The position numbers and the translations under genes were made by a program. The notes beneath the pieces were generated by a model, which saw only the letters and a list, made by a program, of their open reading frames with translations, did no database searches and was not told the origin of the DNA. From the human T2T-CHM13v2.0 reference genome, Homo sapiens: a stretch of DNA of 64,000 nt. Every line of letters begins with the position of its first letter. The stretch's first letter is position 1. The DNA lies in the NCBI RefSeq assembly GCF_009914755.1, contig NC_060930.1, one strand, 5' to 3'. Shown piece after piece: positions 46,593 through 63,733 of this stretch.

Positions 46593-46931
46593 CCTTACCC
46601 ATAACATAAAGCTGATTAACAAATAAATAGACCAGTATCTATATAGAATTTATGCATTCATGACATAGCTTTTTCTTAATTTTTTCAGTATTTTTTTTGC
46701 CTATATTTGCCATATAAGCTACAGCAGTTTGCAAGTTTTTTCAAATTATTGCAAATCTCTAAAAACTTTTTCAATAAATTTATTGAAAAAAATCTACATA
46801 TCAGTGGACCCAGGCAGTTCAAACCCATGTCATTCAAGAGTCAACTCTACTATAAGCTAGGTAGCTTATAAACAACAGAAATTTAGTTCTGGAGACTGGG
46901 CTGTTCAAGATCAAGGCACCAATAGATTGGT

Positions 46932-47264
<333 letters not shown>

Positions 47265-47479
47265 TCATAGACAGTGCCTTCTCATTGTGCCCTCACATGG
47301 TGGAAAGGGCAAGGCAGCTTTCTGAGGACTCTTCTATAAAGGCACCGATCGCATTCATGAGGGCTCTGCCCTTCTGACCTAATCACCTCCCAAGGGCCCC
47401 ATCTCCTAACACCATCACCTTGGGGGTTAGGATGTCAATGTGCGTATTTCAGCAGGACACACTGAGGCCCACGCAAGGG

Positions 47480-49234
<1,755 letters not shown>

Positions 49235-49487
49235 CTATTTGCCATCTCACTGCCTCTTCCTCCTTTGCCACTGCAAACAAGAAGGTTGGTTGCAGCTGTG
49301 ACTTGCACTGTGTAGGAGGATAGAGCTGATTCTTTCCCACCTTCCTGCTGTCACATCACGTCTCTGCTTCTCCCTCCTCTGCCCAGCTGCCCTGCTCAGT
49401 TCCCATGAATCTGGGGGGATGTGTTACGAGGAAAAAAGACAGAAAACACCCCACCACTTATCGCAGGGAAGATGGGAATTCAGAACC

Positions 49488-49812
<325 letters not shown>

Positions 49813-49889
49813 TAATAATAGTGATTCTTTATCAATCTCAGACTCTGGGCCAGGTATCGTTCTACACACTCTGTGTATTAACTCACTTA

Positions 49890-50212
49890 TTTCTTTTTTT
49901 CTTCTTTCTCCTTTTTTTTTTTTTTTTTTGGAGACAAGGTCTCATTCTGTCACCCAGGCTGGAATGCAGTGGCACGATCTCAGTTTACTGCAACCTCCAC
50001 CTCCCAGACTCAAGCATCCTCTCACCTCAGCCTCCTGAGTAGCTGGGATTATAGGTGCACGCCACCACAGCAGCCTAATTTTTTGTACTGTTAGTAGAGA
50101 TGGGGTTTCACTATGTTGCCCAGGCTGGTCTTGAACTCTTGAGCTCAAGTCATCCAACCACCTCAGCCTCCCAAAGTGCAGGGATTACAGGCGTGAGCCA
50201 CAGTGCCTAGCC
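49890..50212 (-). mobile_element. AluJ inside MIR
   Basis: TSD cacttatt. Confidence 0.88.
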
Positions 50213-50983
50213 TAATCCACTTATTTTTTACACCAGCTCCATGAGATGAGGCAGCATAGCTCTCATGAAATAGATTCTGCTGTCATTGAGCCTATTTTAC
50301 AGATGAAAAAACGAAGGCACAGACTTTCGCCTAAGGCTACACAGCATAGGCTATAAGTAGCAGAGTTGAAATCTAGACTGATTGGCCTCAGCCACTGCTT
50401 TTGATCAACACACCATACTGCCCTCCTATAAGAAAGCTGAACTTGGGGAAACCCTCAGCCGTGCTTTTAGAAAAGACTTTAGACATAATCTATTCCAGCC
50501 TCCTATATCAAGCAGAATTCCTTCTGCAGTTTGGACAACTCAGGACTTGACAGGCAGCCTGTTTCACTGCTGCCCAGCCCTAACTGGAACAAAACCTGCC
50601 AAAAACCTGTTCCTCGTCCTCCCTTCTTTGAGAAGCCCAGACAAAATGTAGCTATCAAGGTGGTGAGCCTCACCACTCTCCTGGAATATGCAAGTCATTA
50701 TCCACCCTTGCACAAGCAAAAGAAGGGCCAGTTCCTTCTCTTGCTTGGAGCTAAATGGGGATTAAAAAGAAAAAAAAAAAGAGAGAAAACAAGATGACCC
50801 CAGACTGAGGCACTTTACATGTGGCCTCATAGGGTACTAGGAAAGGGTGACTCTGTGGCTCTTAGGTGTGCTACACATCCCTGAAGCCACAGAGCATCTG
50901 CCTCCCTTAAACCACCCAGAAGGAGCACACTGCTAGGCTCGACCCTTGGGCATTCTAATGTCCAATCAGAAAATGTGTCATTA

Positions 50984-51283
50984 GGCTGGGCACAGTGGCT
51001 CACGCCTGTAATCCCAGGCCGAGGCGGGAGGATTGCTTGAGGCTAGGAGTTCGAGACCAGCCTACGCAACATAGGGAGCCCCCTCTCTACAAAAAATTTA
51101 AAAATTAGCCAGTTGTGATGGTGCATGCCTATAGTCCCAACTACTTGGGAGGCTGAGGTGGGAGGATGGCTTGAGCCCGGGAGTTCAAGGTTGCACTGAG
51201 CCATGATTGCATCGCTGGACTCCAGCCTGGACAACAGAATGAGATCCTGTCTCAAAAAAAAAAGGAAATAAAGAAAAAGAGAA
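50984..51283 (+). mobile_element. AluJ
   Basis: Alu consensus with small deletion. Confidence 0.88.
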
Positions 51284-52523
51284 AGTGGTGCCATTCAACA
51301 TTTGTTTAGGCTCCTCAACTGACACAAAAATGGACTTTACACTCTAAAGCCTATCTCTCGAGGCAATAATTCACAATTTGCTTCTGAAAGTACAGGGTGA
51401 GTCTGGAAATGGCTTCCTCACCGCCTATTAATTAAGCGTAGATCTCTAATCTCTGGTTTTCCTCTGGGCCAGCAGATTGACTCACCGTGCCCTTCCAAGC
51501 TCGGCCTTTTGTCAAGTACTTCTAGGCCCCTGTGGGAGCTCAGTGGGTCTGTCCCCATTTCGCTCTATCACCATATGGGCTGCACTCACCTGAGGAGCGA
51601 GAGGGCACGTGGCCAGTCAGATGGGGGCAGAGTGTCTCAGGAGTGCGGCCCAGGCTGCAGGCTAAGCAGTCGGCCTCGCTGGCCTGGGGACAGCCGCCCA
51701 GGATGACTGTCCAGAAACAACAGCAACCCTTTCAAGAACCTCTGAATCGCGGTTGTAGCTGTCGGCACTTGCTCCTTCACACTCCCGGGTGTGTGTGTAT
51801 GGGAAAGGGAACAGGCGAGCAGGGACAGGACTGAAAACTCAGGAAACTATAAATAAAAAAGAAAACTTGAGCCAAATCTTTTCACACTAAAGGAAATAAA
51901 CATATGGAATAAGTTATTGGAACAAGCAGCTGAAGCAAAGGGCATAAATGAGTTCAACAGATATCTGCTTTGTTTTCTAGAAGAGGAAAGGACCAAAGAG
52001 AAACTGGATAAGAAAGAGGTAAACAGGAGTGTTCCTCCCTCTTAATTTATTTATTCACTAATTCGACAAAAATTTTGGTGAACACCTACTAGGTACCAGA
52101 CACTGTGTTAGGTTCCAACGATTCAAAAAACAAATAAAACATGGTCCCTGCTCTTAAATTGCTCACAGACTAGTGTTTTAATTGCCTTAAAGTTTTTGTA
52201 GTTTTAGGGTTCTATTAAAATTTTATCACAATAAGTATTTTAAGCATCTCAAGACATGTAGGGCTTTGGAAATAAAACTGATTAATTACCACGTTTTTTG
52301 TGCTTTGATGCATCTTTTTCAAACCAAGGCCACTTCCACCCTAGGTTGGAAAAGATACAAAGAGCTAATAGTAGTGGGGGATTCTTTTGTTGGTCACATG
52401 CAGTGGGACTTGGGTTTTCTCAGTACGGTGGAAACAGCCCAGACATTGCAGCCAGGAAGTATCCAGGCGTGGTCATTTACAGGCTGTTACACCCTGGCCA
52501 GGGTATAATTTTTTAAAATTGGC

Positions 52524-52969
52524 TGTTGGGAGATAATTCTCCATGGGTCTCTTAAGTTTCTATATATCTTACAAGCAAGGTACTTTGTTCCAAGCTGCCC
52601 TTACAAGGATGTTTACATAACAAATAGCTTTGGAAGGTAGAGATAGTGTCTCACTCTGGAGAAAAGGGGAATCAGGCTTACTAAACATTATAAAAGATTC
52701 AAGTTCCTTAAGTTTAGTATAATGTGACACACTGAATGTATAGGCATCTACTTAGGTCTATCCACATCACCCTTATGGGACTTGCAGAGGAAAGGGGAAC
52801 TGGCACAAATACACTGGTGTTCATGTTGCTTGCTGTACCATTCATCATAAAGTCCTTTGTCTCTGACCCAGGAGTTTCATGTCTTCTGCCAGCATCCATT
52901 AAACCATGACAGGCTAACTTGTTAACTTACAGGTAGGGTAAAACCTTCAACCCTTCATAATTCTTTACG
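52524..52969 (+). mobile_element. ERVL-class solo LTR (LTR47-like)
   Basis: tgttgggagataattctccatgggtctc...ataaagtcctttgtctctgacccaggag. Confidence 0.65.
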
Positions 52970-53080
52970 TTCACCCTCATATGAACATATAATGAGCTCA
53001 TGTAAAATATTTGTTTAACTAATTAATGAGGGAACAAATAAGATGGCAAAGGTGATTCTAATAGCATTTGAAAATGGGTC

Positions 53081-53751
<671 letters not shown>

Positions 53752-54109
53752 GAAAATGGGTATTTATTTATCCTATCAGAAAAAAAAAGTTGAAATGAGC
53801 TTGTTAGATATAAAACTGGGTAATGTCTTACTGGTCGATAAAATTATGACCTTTGGGATTATCTTTTATAATAGAAAGAAATAATTTGCATCTCTATGGG
53901 AGAAATACAATTTATAATTTAATAATCTACAAAGTTAAAACTTGGACTCTGTATTTTCACAGAATATAGGCCCTAATCATAAGAAATAATTAATCAAAGG
54001 TACTCTCCCTAGAGATTTAAATAATCCTTGGAAGTAGGATGGCCTGTTAGGTAGAGCTTCTGATGATACTAAAAAGAGATGCCGGCAGTCATTCTTCTTT
54101 TGCTTATTT

Positions 54110-54290
54110 CCAAGTTTCAGATTATTATTTTCTTATGTCCTTGTACAAGTTACTTAAGTTCTCTGGAGCTCAGTTTTTTTCATCTGTAAAATAGAGATAA
54201 TAATATCCTTTAAGGGCAGTTATGTGGAGGAGAAATAGTACATGCAAAGTGTCTGGCAGAGAATAGGTGTTAAATTAAAAGTAGCTATTA
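54110..54290 (+). mobile_element. MIR
   Basis: caagttacttaagttctctggagctcagtttttt catctgtaaaat. Confidence 0.65.
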
Positions 54291-54368
54291 GGAGCAAAAA
54301 TCATACACAATCAGACTTCCCAAAATCTTTCTTCCCCAGCCTTACCTGTGCTCCAAGGCTAAAAAGAA

Positions 54369-54404
<36 letters not shown>

Positions 54405-54423
54405 CGCGTGTGTATGTGTATGT
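54369..54423. repeat. (TG)n(CG)n alternating purine-pyrimidine tract
   Basis: Directly visible; Z-DNA-prone class. Confidence 0.9.
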
Positions 54424-54437
54424 GATAACTCTGAAAA

Positions 54438-54530
54438 GCTGATTGGGGATAGTGGGGTGTTGAGGCGTGGCTCAATTCATTTATATAAAGATAGAGCCTA
54501 GCTTGAAAAGGCAAGCCACGCCCACCCATG
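54438..54530. promoter_or_regulatory. Candidate core promoter: palindromic TATA flanked by inverted KLF/SP boxes and a CCAAT box
   Basis: ATTGG 54442, AGGCGTGGC 54463, TTTATATAAA 54480-54489, GCCACGCCC 54515. Confidence 0.35.
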
Positions 54531-54554
54531 GCTTAGAGCACTCTTTAAAATAAC

Positions 54555-54731
54555 TTAATTTAATTTAATTTTTGTGGAGAGAGAATCTTCCTGTGGTGCC
54601 CAGGCTTCAGTGTGTTGACTATTCATAGGTATAATATAGCTCACTGCAGCCTCAAACTCCTGGGCTTAAGTGATCCTCCCGCCTCAGCCTCCCTAGTAGC
54701 TGGGACTAGAGGCACACCACGTTACCTGGCC
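54555..54731 (-). mobile_element. FAM (fossil Alu monomer)
   Basis: Retains the 7SL-derived ctattca(t)agg segment absent from dimeric Alus; TSD cttagag(c/t)act. Confidence 0.7.
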
Positions 54732-55567
54732 TTAGAGTACTATTTTAAAGGCTTCTAAAGTGCTTACCAAATACACTAGAGGATTGAAGCAAGAAGGTAA
54801 CAAGCATGATTCCCAGCATTCTGTGGGGGTAACTTGTACTTTTTGCAATTTGAAGAGAGTTCCTGCAGGAGGGAAAATAGCACCTTTTGCTGTCCCCGGA
54901 AGTTCCATCCCACAGCTTGATTAACAGGAGCTTGTCCAAACTAAGCCAGAAAAGTAAACCTGAACTAGCCATTCTGAACACTAGAAAAGCAGCATTCTGC
55001 CTGTTGTTCCTTTAGTGCCCTGCCCTGCCACAAGAGGAGACAGTGGGCACAGGTGAGGTCTGAACACAATAGTCTATATCATCCCACTCCCCGACTGCAC
55101 ACTGGTTTACTTTTCCCACCTCCCCTGCCCAGCAGCCTGCCGAGATCTGGCTCTTCACCCATGTGATAGCACAACAAGACTTTATAACTCCGTCACCTCT
55201 CAGCAGAAAGTCCCCACCCACACGGAAGAGCGCACCCCTGTTAGTAACCTAGTATTTTTCCTTGCCTGATGAGGAATGTTTGTTTTTCCATTACAGTAAC
55301 ATGCATAGTTCCCATGGGTGCTAATGGGACTTCCCCACAGATGCATAAAAGAGAATAGCACCTTGAATTTAGACAGAACCTTCTGCTGAATTCAGACATG
55401 ATCTCATTAATTGCCTTCACATCCCTATGAAGTGACAAGGGGCCAAGTATCATGGTGTCTGGTATCCACATGAAGATAATGAGAAACATGTCATCATGTG
55501 TGACACAAAGTCAGGTATTTAACAAAAGTAACTAAGTTGAAATCCCCCTGCCCTCCAAGAACTTAGA

Positions 55568-56248
55568 GCTGTGCTGTCCCATAGGATAGGCACTGGCCAC
55601 ATATGGCTGTTGAGCATTTGAAATGTGGCTAGTCCAAATGAGATATGCTTTAAGTGTAAAATACACATCAGGGCTGGGCGCAGTGGATCACACTTGTAAT
55701 CCCAGCACTTTGGGAGGCCAAGATGGCAGATCACCTGAGGTCAGGAGTTTGAGACCAGCCTGGCCAACATGACAAAACCTCGTCTCTATTAAAAATACAA
55801 AAATTAGCTGGGCGTGGTGGTGTGTGCCTGTAATCCCAGCTACGCAGGAGGCTGAGGCAAGAGAATCGGTTGAACCCAGGAGCGGGAGGTTGCAGCGAGC
55901 TGAGATTGCGCCCCTGCACTCTAGCCAGGGCAACAGACTGAGACTCTGTCTCAAAAAAAAAATTAAAACAAAATACACATCAGAGTTGAAAGACTTAGTG
56001 CAACAAAGTGACATATCTGATTAACAATTCTTATATTGATTACATATTAAAATGTAATACTATTTTTGGCTTTTTAAATTTTTTTCTTTTTTAAAATCAT
56101 CCCTTTGGTAATAATATTTTTGACATATTGGTTTAAATAAAATAGATTATTAAAATTAACTTTTTTTTTTTCTTTATACTTTTCTCTGTAGCTGCCAAAA
56201 AATTGCTCATTGATAGCTTGCATTATGGTTCTATTGGGCAGAGCTGAC
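55568..56248. mobile_element. MER33/MER3-like hAT-Charlie element split by Alu
   Basis: ctgtgctgtcccatagg...gagcatttgaaatgtggctagtcc...ctattgggcagagctg. Confidence 0.7.
55672..55972 (+). mobile_element. AluS
   Basis: TSD aaaatacacatcag. Confidence 0.9.
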
Positions 56249-56329
56249 TATGAGGCCAGCAAACTCCTTTTTGACCTTTATACATAGTCCCTTCGTTACA
56301 CAGAAAATAAAATGTAACCAATGGCCCTG

Positions 56330-56480
56330 AGTCCTGGTCCTGTCTCTACTAATAACCAACTAGCAAGCTGTGACCTTAGTTAAATTAGTCTCCTGGTTTC
56401 TATGAGTTTTGATTTTCTTCTTGGTAAAATTAAAGTTTTGGACAATCAGTTGCAAGGATCCCTTCAAGTTCTGATAACTG
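56330..56480 (+). mobile_element. MIR3-like SINE
   Basis: agctgtgaccttag...ggatcccttcaagttctga. Confidence 0.5.
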
Positions 56481-56744
56481 GTAACTGGAAAATTACTTTG
56501 CCTTCTCACTTCTAGACCCTGGCCAAATTCCAAACAAGTTCTCAAATAGTCACTTCTAGAAGAAGATGAAGAGGTCTATCAAGGGTCTGTATCTGTTATA
56601 TTCTGAGGAAGCTCCAGATGAAAGGACCACTGAACATTTTTAGGGGAATGTGAGACTAACTTTCAGGATGCAAATACAACTAAGAAATGCAAGAAAGTTT
56701 GGTTATATGACATTCTATGATCATTCAATGATCAGGTTTCCCAA

Positions 56745-57150
56745 TCAGTCAGGACAGATTGGGTTATGCTGCACAATGGACAATCCCAAAATCTCCATGG
56801 ATGGTTCAGAAAAGGATTTATTCTTTGAGCATACCATAGGTCCATTTCTGGTCATCCGATGGGGTCTTCTCACTGTAACCACTTAGGAACACAGGCCAAC
56901 GGAAAAATGACCATCCTAAACATTGCCAGTGGCTATTCCAGAGGAAAAGTGAATCCCAGAGGGTATCACAGAGGTAATTATGCTGCCCAGCTCAGAAGCG
57001 ACTCAGGTCACCTCCATTCCTTCTCACTGGCCAGAACTGGCCACATGGCCCTCTCCAACTGCAAGGGATCTGAGAAGTGCAATCCTACTGTGTATTCAAA
57101 TAGTAGGAGAGCTGAAGTGTTTGATGCACAGGCCTAAAATCACCTGCTGG
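56745..57150 (-). mobile_element. Old MLT1 (J/K/L-like) LTR
   Basis: agtcaggacagattgggttatgctgca...cactggccagaactggccacatggcc. Confidence 0.65.
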
Positions 57151-57314
57151 CCCAAGACTGTTCTTAAGCTTGTCCAGTCTGACCCAGGAGGATGTGTGGC
57201 CCTGGGCCCATACAGACTGGAGTGGATCCCTTCAATCACAATCAGATTCTGAGCAGTACCAGGCCAGGCTCTAGGCCGGAAGGAGTTGGGGGCTGGAATA
57301 TAAGTAAATACCTA

Positions 57315-57613
57315 GGCTGGGTGCGGTGGCTCATGCCTGTAATACCAGCACTTTGGGAGGCCGAGGTGGGAGAATCACCTGAGGTCAGGAGTTTGAGACC
57401 AGCCTGGCCAATATGATGAAACCCCGTCTCTACAAAAATACAAAAAATAGCCAGGTGTGGTGGTGCATGCCTGTAGTCTCAGTTACTTGGAAGGCTGAGG
57501 CAAAATGATCACTTGAACCTAGGAGGCAGAGGTGGCAGTGAGTTGAGATCATGCCACTGCACTCCAGCCTGGGTGACAGAGCAAGACTCTGTCCCCCACC
57601 CCCCCAAACAAAA
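57315..57613 (+). mobile_element. AluS
   Basis: TSD agtaaatacct. Confidence 0.9.
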
Positions 57614-57727
57614 GTAAATACCTGGTCACCTTATTTCAACTTTTTGTATCAAAAAAAAAAAAAGGATTTTCCACTAATCATAATTTTACTTACTTACTAG
57701 GCATTTGTGCTTTTAAAAGTATTTGAG

Positions 57728-58101
<374 letters not shown>

Positions 58102-59039
58102 TTATATAAAACCATCCCCCAAAAACTGAAAACTGTGGTTTCACTAGTTCCCTTTCCAGGTAACAACAGCCTCCCTGATCTATACTCAAGCAACCCTAAA
58201 CAAATATCACCACTGTCAAAAACAACCAGCCACCCCTTCCAGGGCCATGCTAATTAGCCAGCACATATGCAGGGGCATCACTGAACTGAACTGCCTCTCT
58301 AATTTTCCTCTCTGACGAAGCCTCCATTCCAACCAAATCACTCTACTCTGTATAAACGTACATCTGGGGCCTGCCCCTCCATTTTCCCGATGGGCATAGA
58401 TCTCTCTAATGACCAGGAATGGCACAGCACTTGATATCATAGACTGGACACTGGGCTTTTTCACTCAGCGAACTTATGCCATACAGACCCTTCTGTACAC
58501 TTCAAGCATATGCACAAACAAATGCACCAAGGTGACCCACCAACATGTGTTGAATGGCTCAACACAGTACATATTAGATGGGCACCTCTGCAAAGCAGTC
58601 CATTTCAGCCAAGGGACAGCTGATGGTGAGTAGCCTTAATGTATTCTGAGTCCAGTGCTGTTTGGGCACCACTTCTTGCTTCCTGGGTTACACAATGTGT
58701 GGGTTCAAACAGAATCCTAATGTGTCCCCTGAGCCGTGGGTCACTGCAGCAATCTCTCTACAGCTGCTGCTCCCCAGTGACCAGTCCCGGTGTCCAGACT
58801 GTGCTTCCCAGAATCACTTCCTCAGCCCACTTGGGGGTGACCCACTTTGCTGGTGAAGTGACAGCTGCAGAACAATCTTGTGGCTGTTCATATGGCGGAT
58901 GGAAAATGCTGGGTCAAAGGCACTTCCAAAAACAAACATGACATTCTGCCCCCTAGGACTGAGGATGCACAATTTTGTATTATCTCCATACCTCTGATTA
59001 ATGAAAATAAGGCCAAAAAAAAGTTTAACCAAAAATAGA

Positions 59040-59260
59040 ATGGGAGCTAACATTTCTGAAGCCTTAACCCAGGCTAGGGAATTTACTAAGTACTTTAAAT
59101 GCATTAGCTCATTTGATCCTCTCAGCAACCCTGTAAGGGAATTACTGTTATCTAATTTTACATGTGAAGAGATTGATATTTTGGCAAATGAAGTAATTTG
59201 TCTAAAGTCATGCAGCTAGGAAGTATGGAAATCAGAATTGAGATCCAGGATCCAAACACA
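59040..59260 (-). mobile_element. MIR
   Basis: tagctcatttgatcctctcagcaaccctgtaagg. Confidence 0.65.
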
Positions 59261-59274
59261 ATCCCCAACCCTGA

Positions 59275-59978
59275 TGTAGCAGAGGGTTCTCCAGAGAAAC
59301 AGAGCCAATAGAAAATAGATATAGATAAGATGTATTTTAAGAAATTGGCTCATGCTATTGTAGAGGCTGACAATCTGAAATTTGTAGGGCAGTTCACCAA
59401 GCTAGAAATTCAGGCAGAAGTTGATGCTACAGTCCTATAGCTTCTTTCTTTCTTCCTTTCCTTCTCTCCTTCTTTATTTCCTTCCTTCCTTCCTTCCTTC
59501 CTTCCATCTTTCTTTCCTTCTTTCCTTTCTTCCTTCCTTCTTTCCTTCCTTCCTTCCTTCCTAGGGTCTTGCTGTGTCTCCCAGGCTGGAGTACAATGGT
59601 GCAATCACAGCTCACAGCAGCCTTGAATTCCTGGGCTCAAGCAATCTTCCTGCCTCGGCCTCTGGAGTAGCTGGGATTACAAGTGCATGCCACCATACCA
59701 GGGTGATTTTTTCATTTTTAATTTTCGTAGAGACAGGGTCTCGCTATGTTGCCCAGGCTCAGAAGTTCTTCTTTCCCAGGTTTCTGCTCTTAAGGCCTTC
59801 AAATGAGTGGGTGAGGCCAACCCAGAGTACGGAGGATAATCTGCTTTACTTAAAGTCAACTGACGCAGATGTTAAATACGCCTATAAAATACCTTCACAA
59901 CAACATCTAAACTAGTGTTTAATGACATAGCTAGGTACTATGGTCTCATCAAGTTGACACATAAAACTAACCATTACA
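59275..59978 (-). mobile_element. MLT2 (ERVL) LTR split by Alu
   Basis: gggttctccagagaaacagagccaatag...aagttgacacataaaactaaccattaca; TSD cctga/cctgg. Confidence 0.8.
59442..59759 (-). mobile_element. Truncated AluJ with long (TTCC)n tail
   Basis: Polypyrimidine tract then reverse Alu. Confidence 0.85.
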
Positions 59979-60009
59979 CCTGGTCACTGGATTAAGAAGC
60001 TGCATTTTT

Positions 60010-60366
<357 letters not shown>

Positions 60367-60484
60367 TCAAGCTTGTGAGATTTAGTCTCGTTTCTGCATC
60401 TGGAACAAATGAAAAGGACTGGTTGCTTCACACCCGTTGGATATTTTTATCAGTCTTCTGTCACTAGCAATGTATCTCTAAACG

Positions 60485-60803
60485 TTCTTTCTTTCTTTTT
60501 TTTTTTTTTTTTTTTTTGAGATGGAGTTTCACTCTTGTTGCCCAGGCTGGAGTGCAATGAATGGCGCAATCTCGGCTCGCCGCAACCTCTGTCTCCCAGG
60601 TTCGAGTAATTCTCCTGCCTCAGCCTCCTGAGTAGGTGGGATTACAGGCATGTACCACCATGCCTGGCTAATTTTGTATTTTTAGTACAGAGGGGGTTTC
60701 TCCATGTTGGCCAGGGGGGTCTCGAACTTCCAACTTCAGGTGATCCACCCGCCTCAGCCTCCCAAAGTGCTGGGATTACAGGTGTGAGCCACCGCGCCCA
60801 GCC
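60485..60803 (-). mobile_element. AluS (Sp/Sq-like)
   Basis: TSD tatctctaaac. Confidence 0.9.
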
Positions 60804-61076
60804 CATATCTCTAAACTTTCAAAACTCAATTCAGGTGTCATCTCCTTTGCCAGCCCCAGAAATAAGATGGGCTCAAAAAGAGAATCCAGAAATTCAATTA
60901 AGGAAGGATGTTCTTCCTTAAGCCATGGCAGTACTTTACTAATACTCCTAGTGAAGCATTGCAATCATCCGCCTTTCAAACAAGGATTGTGCCGCAAGGG
61001 AAAGGACTCAAATGATTTTTGTCTTTCCATGATCCGGAAAAATACTTAAGTAGCAGGCGATCAATAAATGTATGTT

Positions 61077-61333
61077 GGCCAGGTGCGGTGGCTCATGCCT
61101 GTAATCCAAACACTTTGGGAGGTGGAGGTGGGAAGATCGCTTGAGCCCAGGAGTTCAAGACCAGTCTAGATAGCATAGGGAAATCCTGTCTCTACAAAAT
61201 AAAAATAAATAAAAACATTAGCTTGAGAATGTGAGGCAGGAGGATTGCTTGAACCCAGCAACTCCACGCTGCAGTGAGCTATGACCACATCACTGCACTC
61301 CAGCCTGGGCGACAGAGTGAGACTGTGTCTCAG

Positions 61334-61376
<43 letters not shown>

Positions 61377-61378
61377 AT
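61077..61378 (+). mobile_element. AluJ with (TAAA)n tail
   Basis: TSD aataaat(g/a)tatg. Confidence 0.87.
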
Positions 61379-61410
61379 ATATGCCGAGTGGTGGAAAGGA
61401 TGAGCAAAAG

Positions 61411-61623
61411 TTTTTGTTGTTGTTTTGAGACAGAGTCTTGCATTGTTGCTCAGGCTGGAGCGCAGAGGCACTATCATGGCTCACTGCAGCCTCAACCTCC
61501 AGGCTCAAGCAATCCTTCTTCCTTAGCCTCCTCAGTAGCTGGGACTATAGGTGCACACCACCACACGCGGCCAATGTTTTTATTTTTTTGCAGAGACAGA
61601 GTCTTGCTTATGTTGCCTAGGCT
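61411..61623 (-). mobile_element. Truncated AluJ
   Basis: Reverse right arm plus part of left arm. Confidence 0.85.
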
Positions 61624-62373
61624 AAAATGTTTACAGATAGCAAGATTTCTGGCACAAAGTAAACTACAGAATTTTCAATTCAGGGATTTTTTGTCTTTGA
61701 TTCCTCTCTCCAGTCCAGGTGGATTCCTCTGTTGGTTTCAGGAGGTCTCTATGAAACCTCAAGACTTCTGTGCACAATTCTGTGAGCAAATGCATCTGTG
61801 AGTTGTTATTTAGAGAAGGTTCCGAGCTTTCAAATGTTATATTTCCTGGGATAGTCTCAGCTTGCTCCTATTGTAGGTCAATTAATTTTTTTAAAAAATT
61901 GTTTTTAGTATCTCTTTTCACTCTCAAAAGGATTCTGGTTTGTGCAAGATTAAAACCCATTGTATAAAACTTTATCCACATGTCTACCTTCACAGCCAGG
62001 TGGATTCAAGACGTTTGAACCAAGAAGAAATGCTTTCTTGGCCTATTCCTGCATTCTCTTGTGCAGCCAGCAGCAGCCTCTGCTTTATACAAAGGTTAGT
62101 GTAAATTAGGTCAAAGTTTCAGTTGAGTAGTAGGGGCCTCACCCTAAGGTGGGGTCACCCAAAGCTCCAGACCCCAGACTCTGGCTGTATCCTTGAGACA
62201 TAAGAGTCATTGATGATAAGTTAAACCACATCAGCAAAAAAAACAACAACATTCCTGGGAACAACTGAAAATGCATGTCCTGCTGATCGACAGAAACCAA
62301 CACAGTAGCACAGTGTTTTAAGAGAGGCGACCTCAGGCTTTTCTTGTTAGAAAGTAATTATCATGGTACTCAC

Positions 62374-62447
62374 CTTTCTAGATGATGATAATACAATTTG
62401 CTGACTAGGAGAGCAAGGGTCAGTGTGGACCATAGTGTTTGCCTCTC
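62374..62447 (-). other. Candidate 74-bp non-coding exon
   Basis: ttttaac branch-like site, ctctcctcttacag|G acceptor, AAG|gtgagt donor. Confidence 0.3.
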
Positions 62448-62586
62448 CTGTAAGAGGAGAGCTATTGGCCGTTAAAACACACTTGGAAATTGTTCAGCAA
62501 TCAATCCTTTGATAAAAATTGATATATTGGAGAATAGCTATGAAAAGACACCATGATCACGCTTTCTGAATCAAAAACTGGGATTT

Positions 62587-62872
62587 GGCTATGCACAATG
62601 ACTCATGTCTGTAATCCCAGCACTTTGGGAGGCTAAGGAGGGAGGATCAGTTGAAGCCAGGAGTTTGAGACCAGCCTGGCCAATAAAAATACAAAAAAAA
62701 TTAGCCAAGAGTGGTGGCATATGCCTGTAATCTCAGCTACTCAGGAGGCTGAGGCACAAGAATTGCTTAAACCCAGGAGGTGGAGGTTGCAGTGAGCTAA
62801 GTTGGCACCATTGCACTCCAGCCTGGGTGACAGGGCAAGACTGTCTCAAAACAAAACAAAATAAAACAAAAA
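62587..62872 (+). mobile_element. Alu (J/S) with deletion
   Basis: TSD aaaaactggga. Confidence 0.87.
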
Positions 62873-63190
62873 CTGGGACATGAGTTTTGTTCTGTTTTGT
62901 TTTAAAAGAGTCTCAAAAAAACATTCAAGGGAGGACGTGGGGACTGTCTCACATCATCAAAAAAATAGAATTTCCAAGGGTGATATATAGAAAAAAATCA
63001 AACATGTATTAGTTCTTTAACTTACTCATCCTATGGGAAAGGCCCTAAAAGGAAAACCTAACAAGCAAAAATTAAATTAAATATAGTTTCTACCAGTAGA
63101 AACTGCAAACCGGCTAGAAAAGATGGGACACACACATGATAAAACAGACAGCCATGGTGAGGGGTACCATGATCATTAGTTCTAGAATCA

Positions 63191-63733
<543 letters not shown>

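Larger units (their letters stand above)
45848..46847. mobile_element. Tigger2-family DNA transposon, split by MST
   Basis: TIRs CAGTTGAGCCTTGAA / TTCAAGAGTCAACTC; TA TSD. Confidence 0.8.

Noticed and set aside
51608-51630. CTCF-like sequence (another at ~63763-63780)
   Set aside because: Several mismatches to the core; not supportable without PWM scoring or ChIP data.
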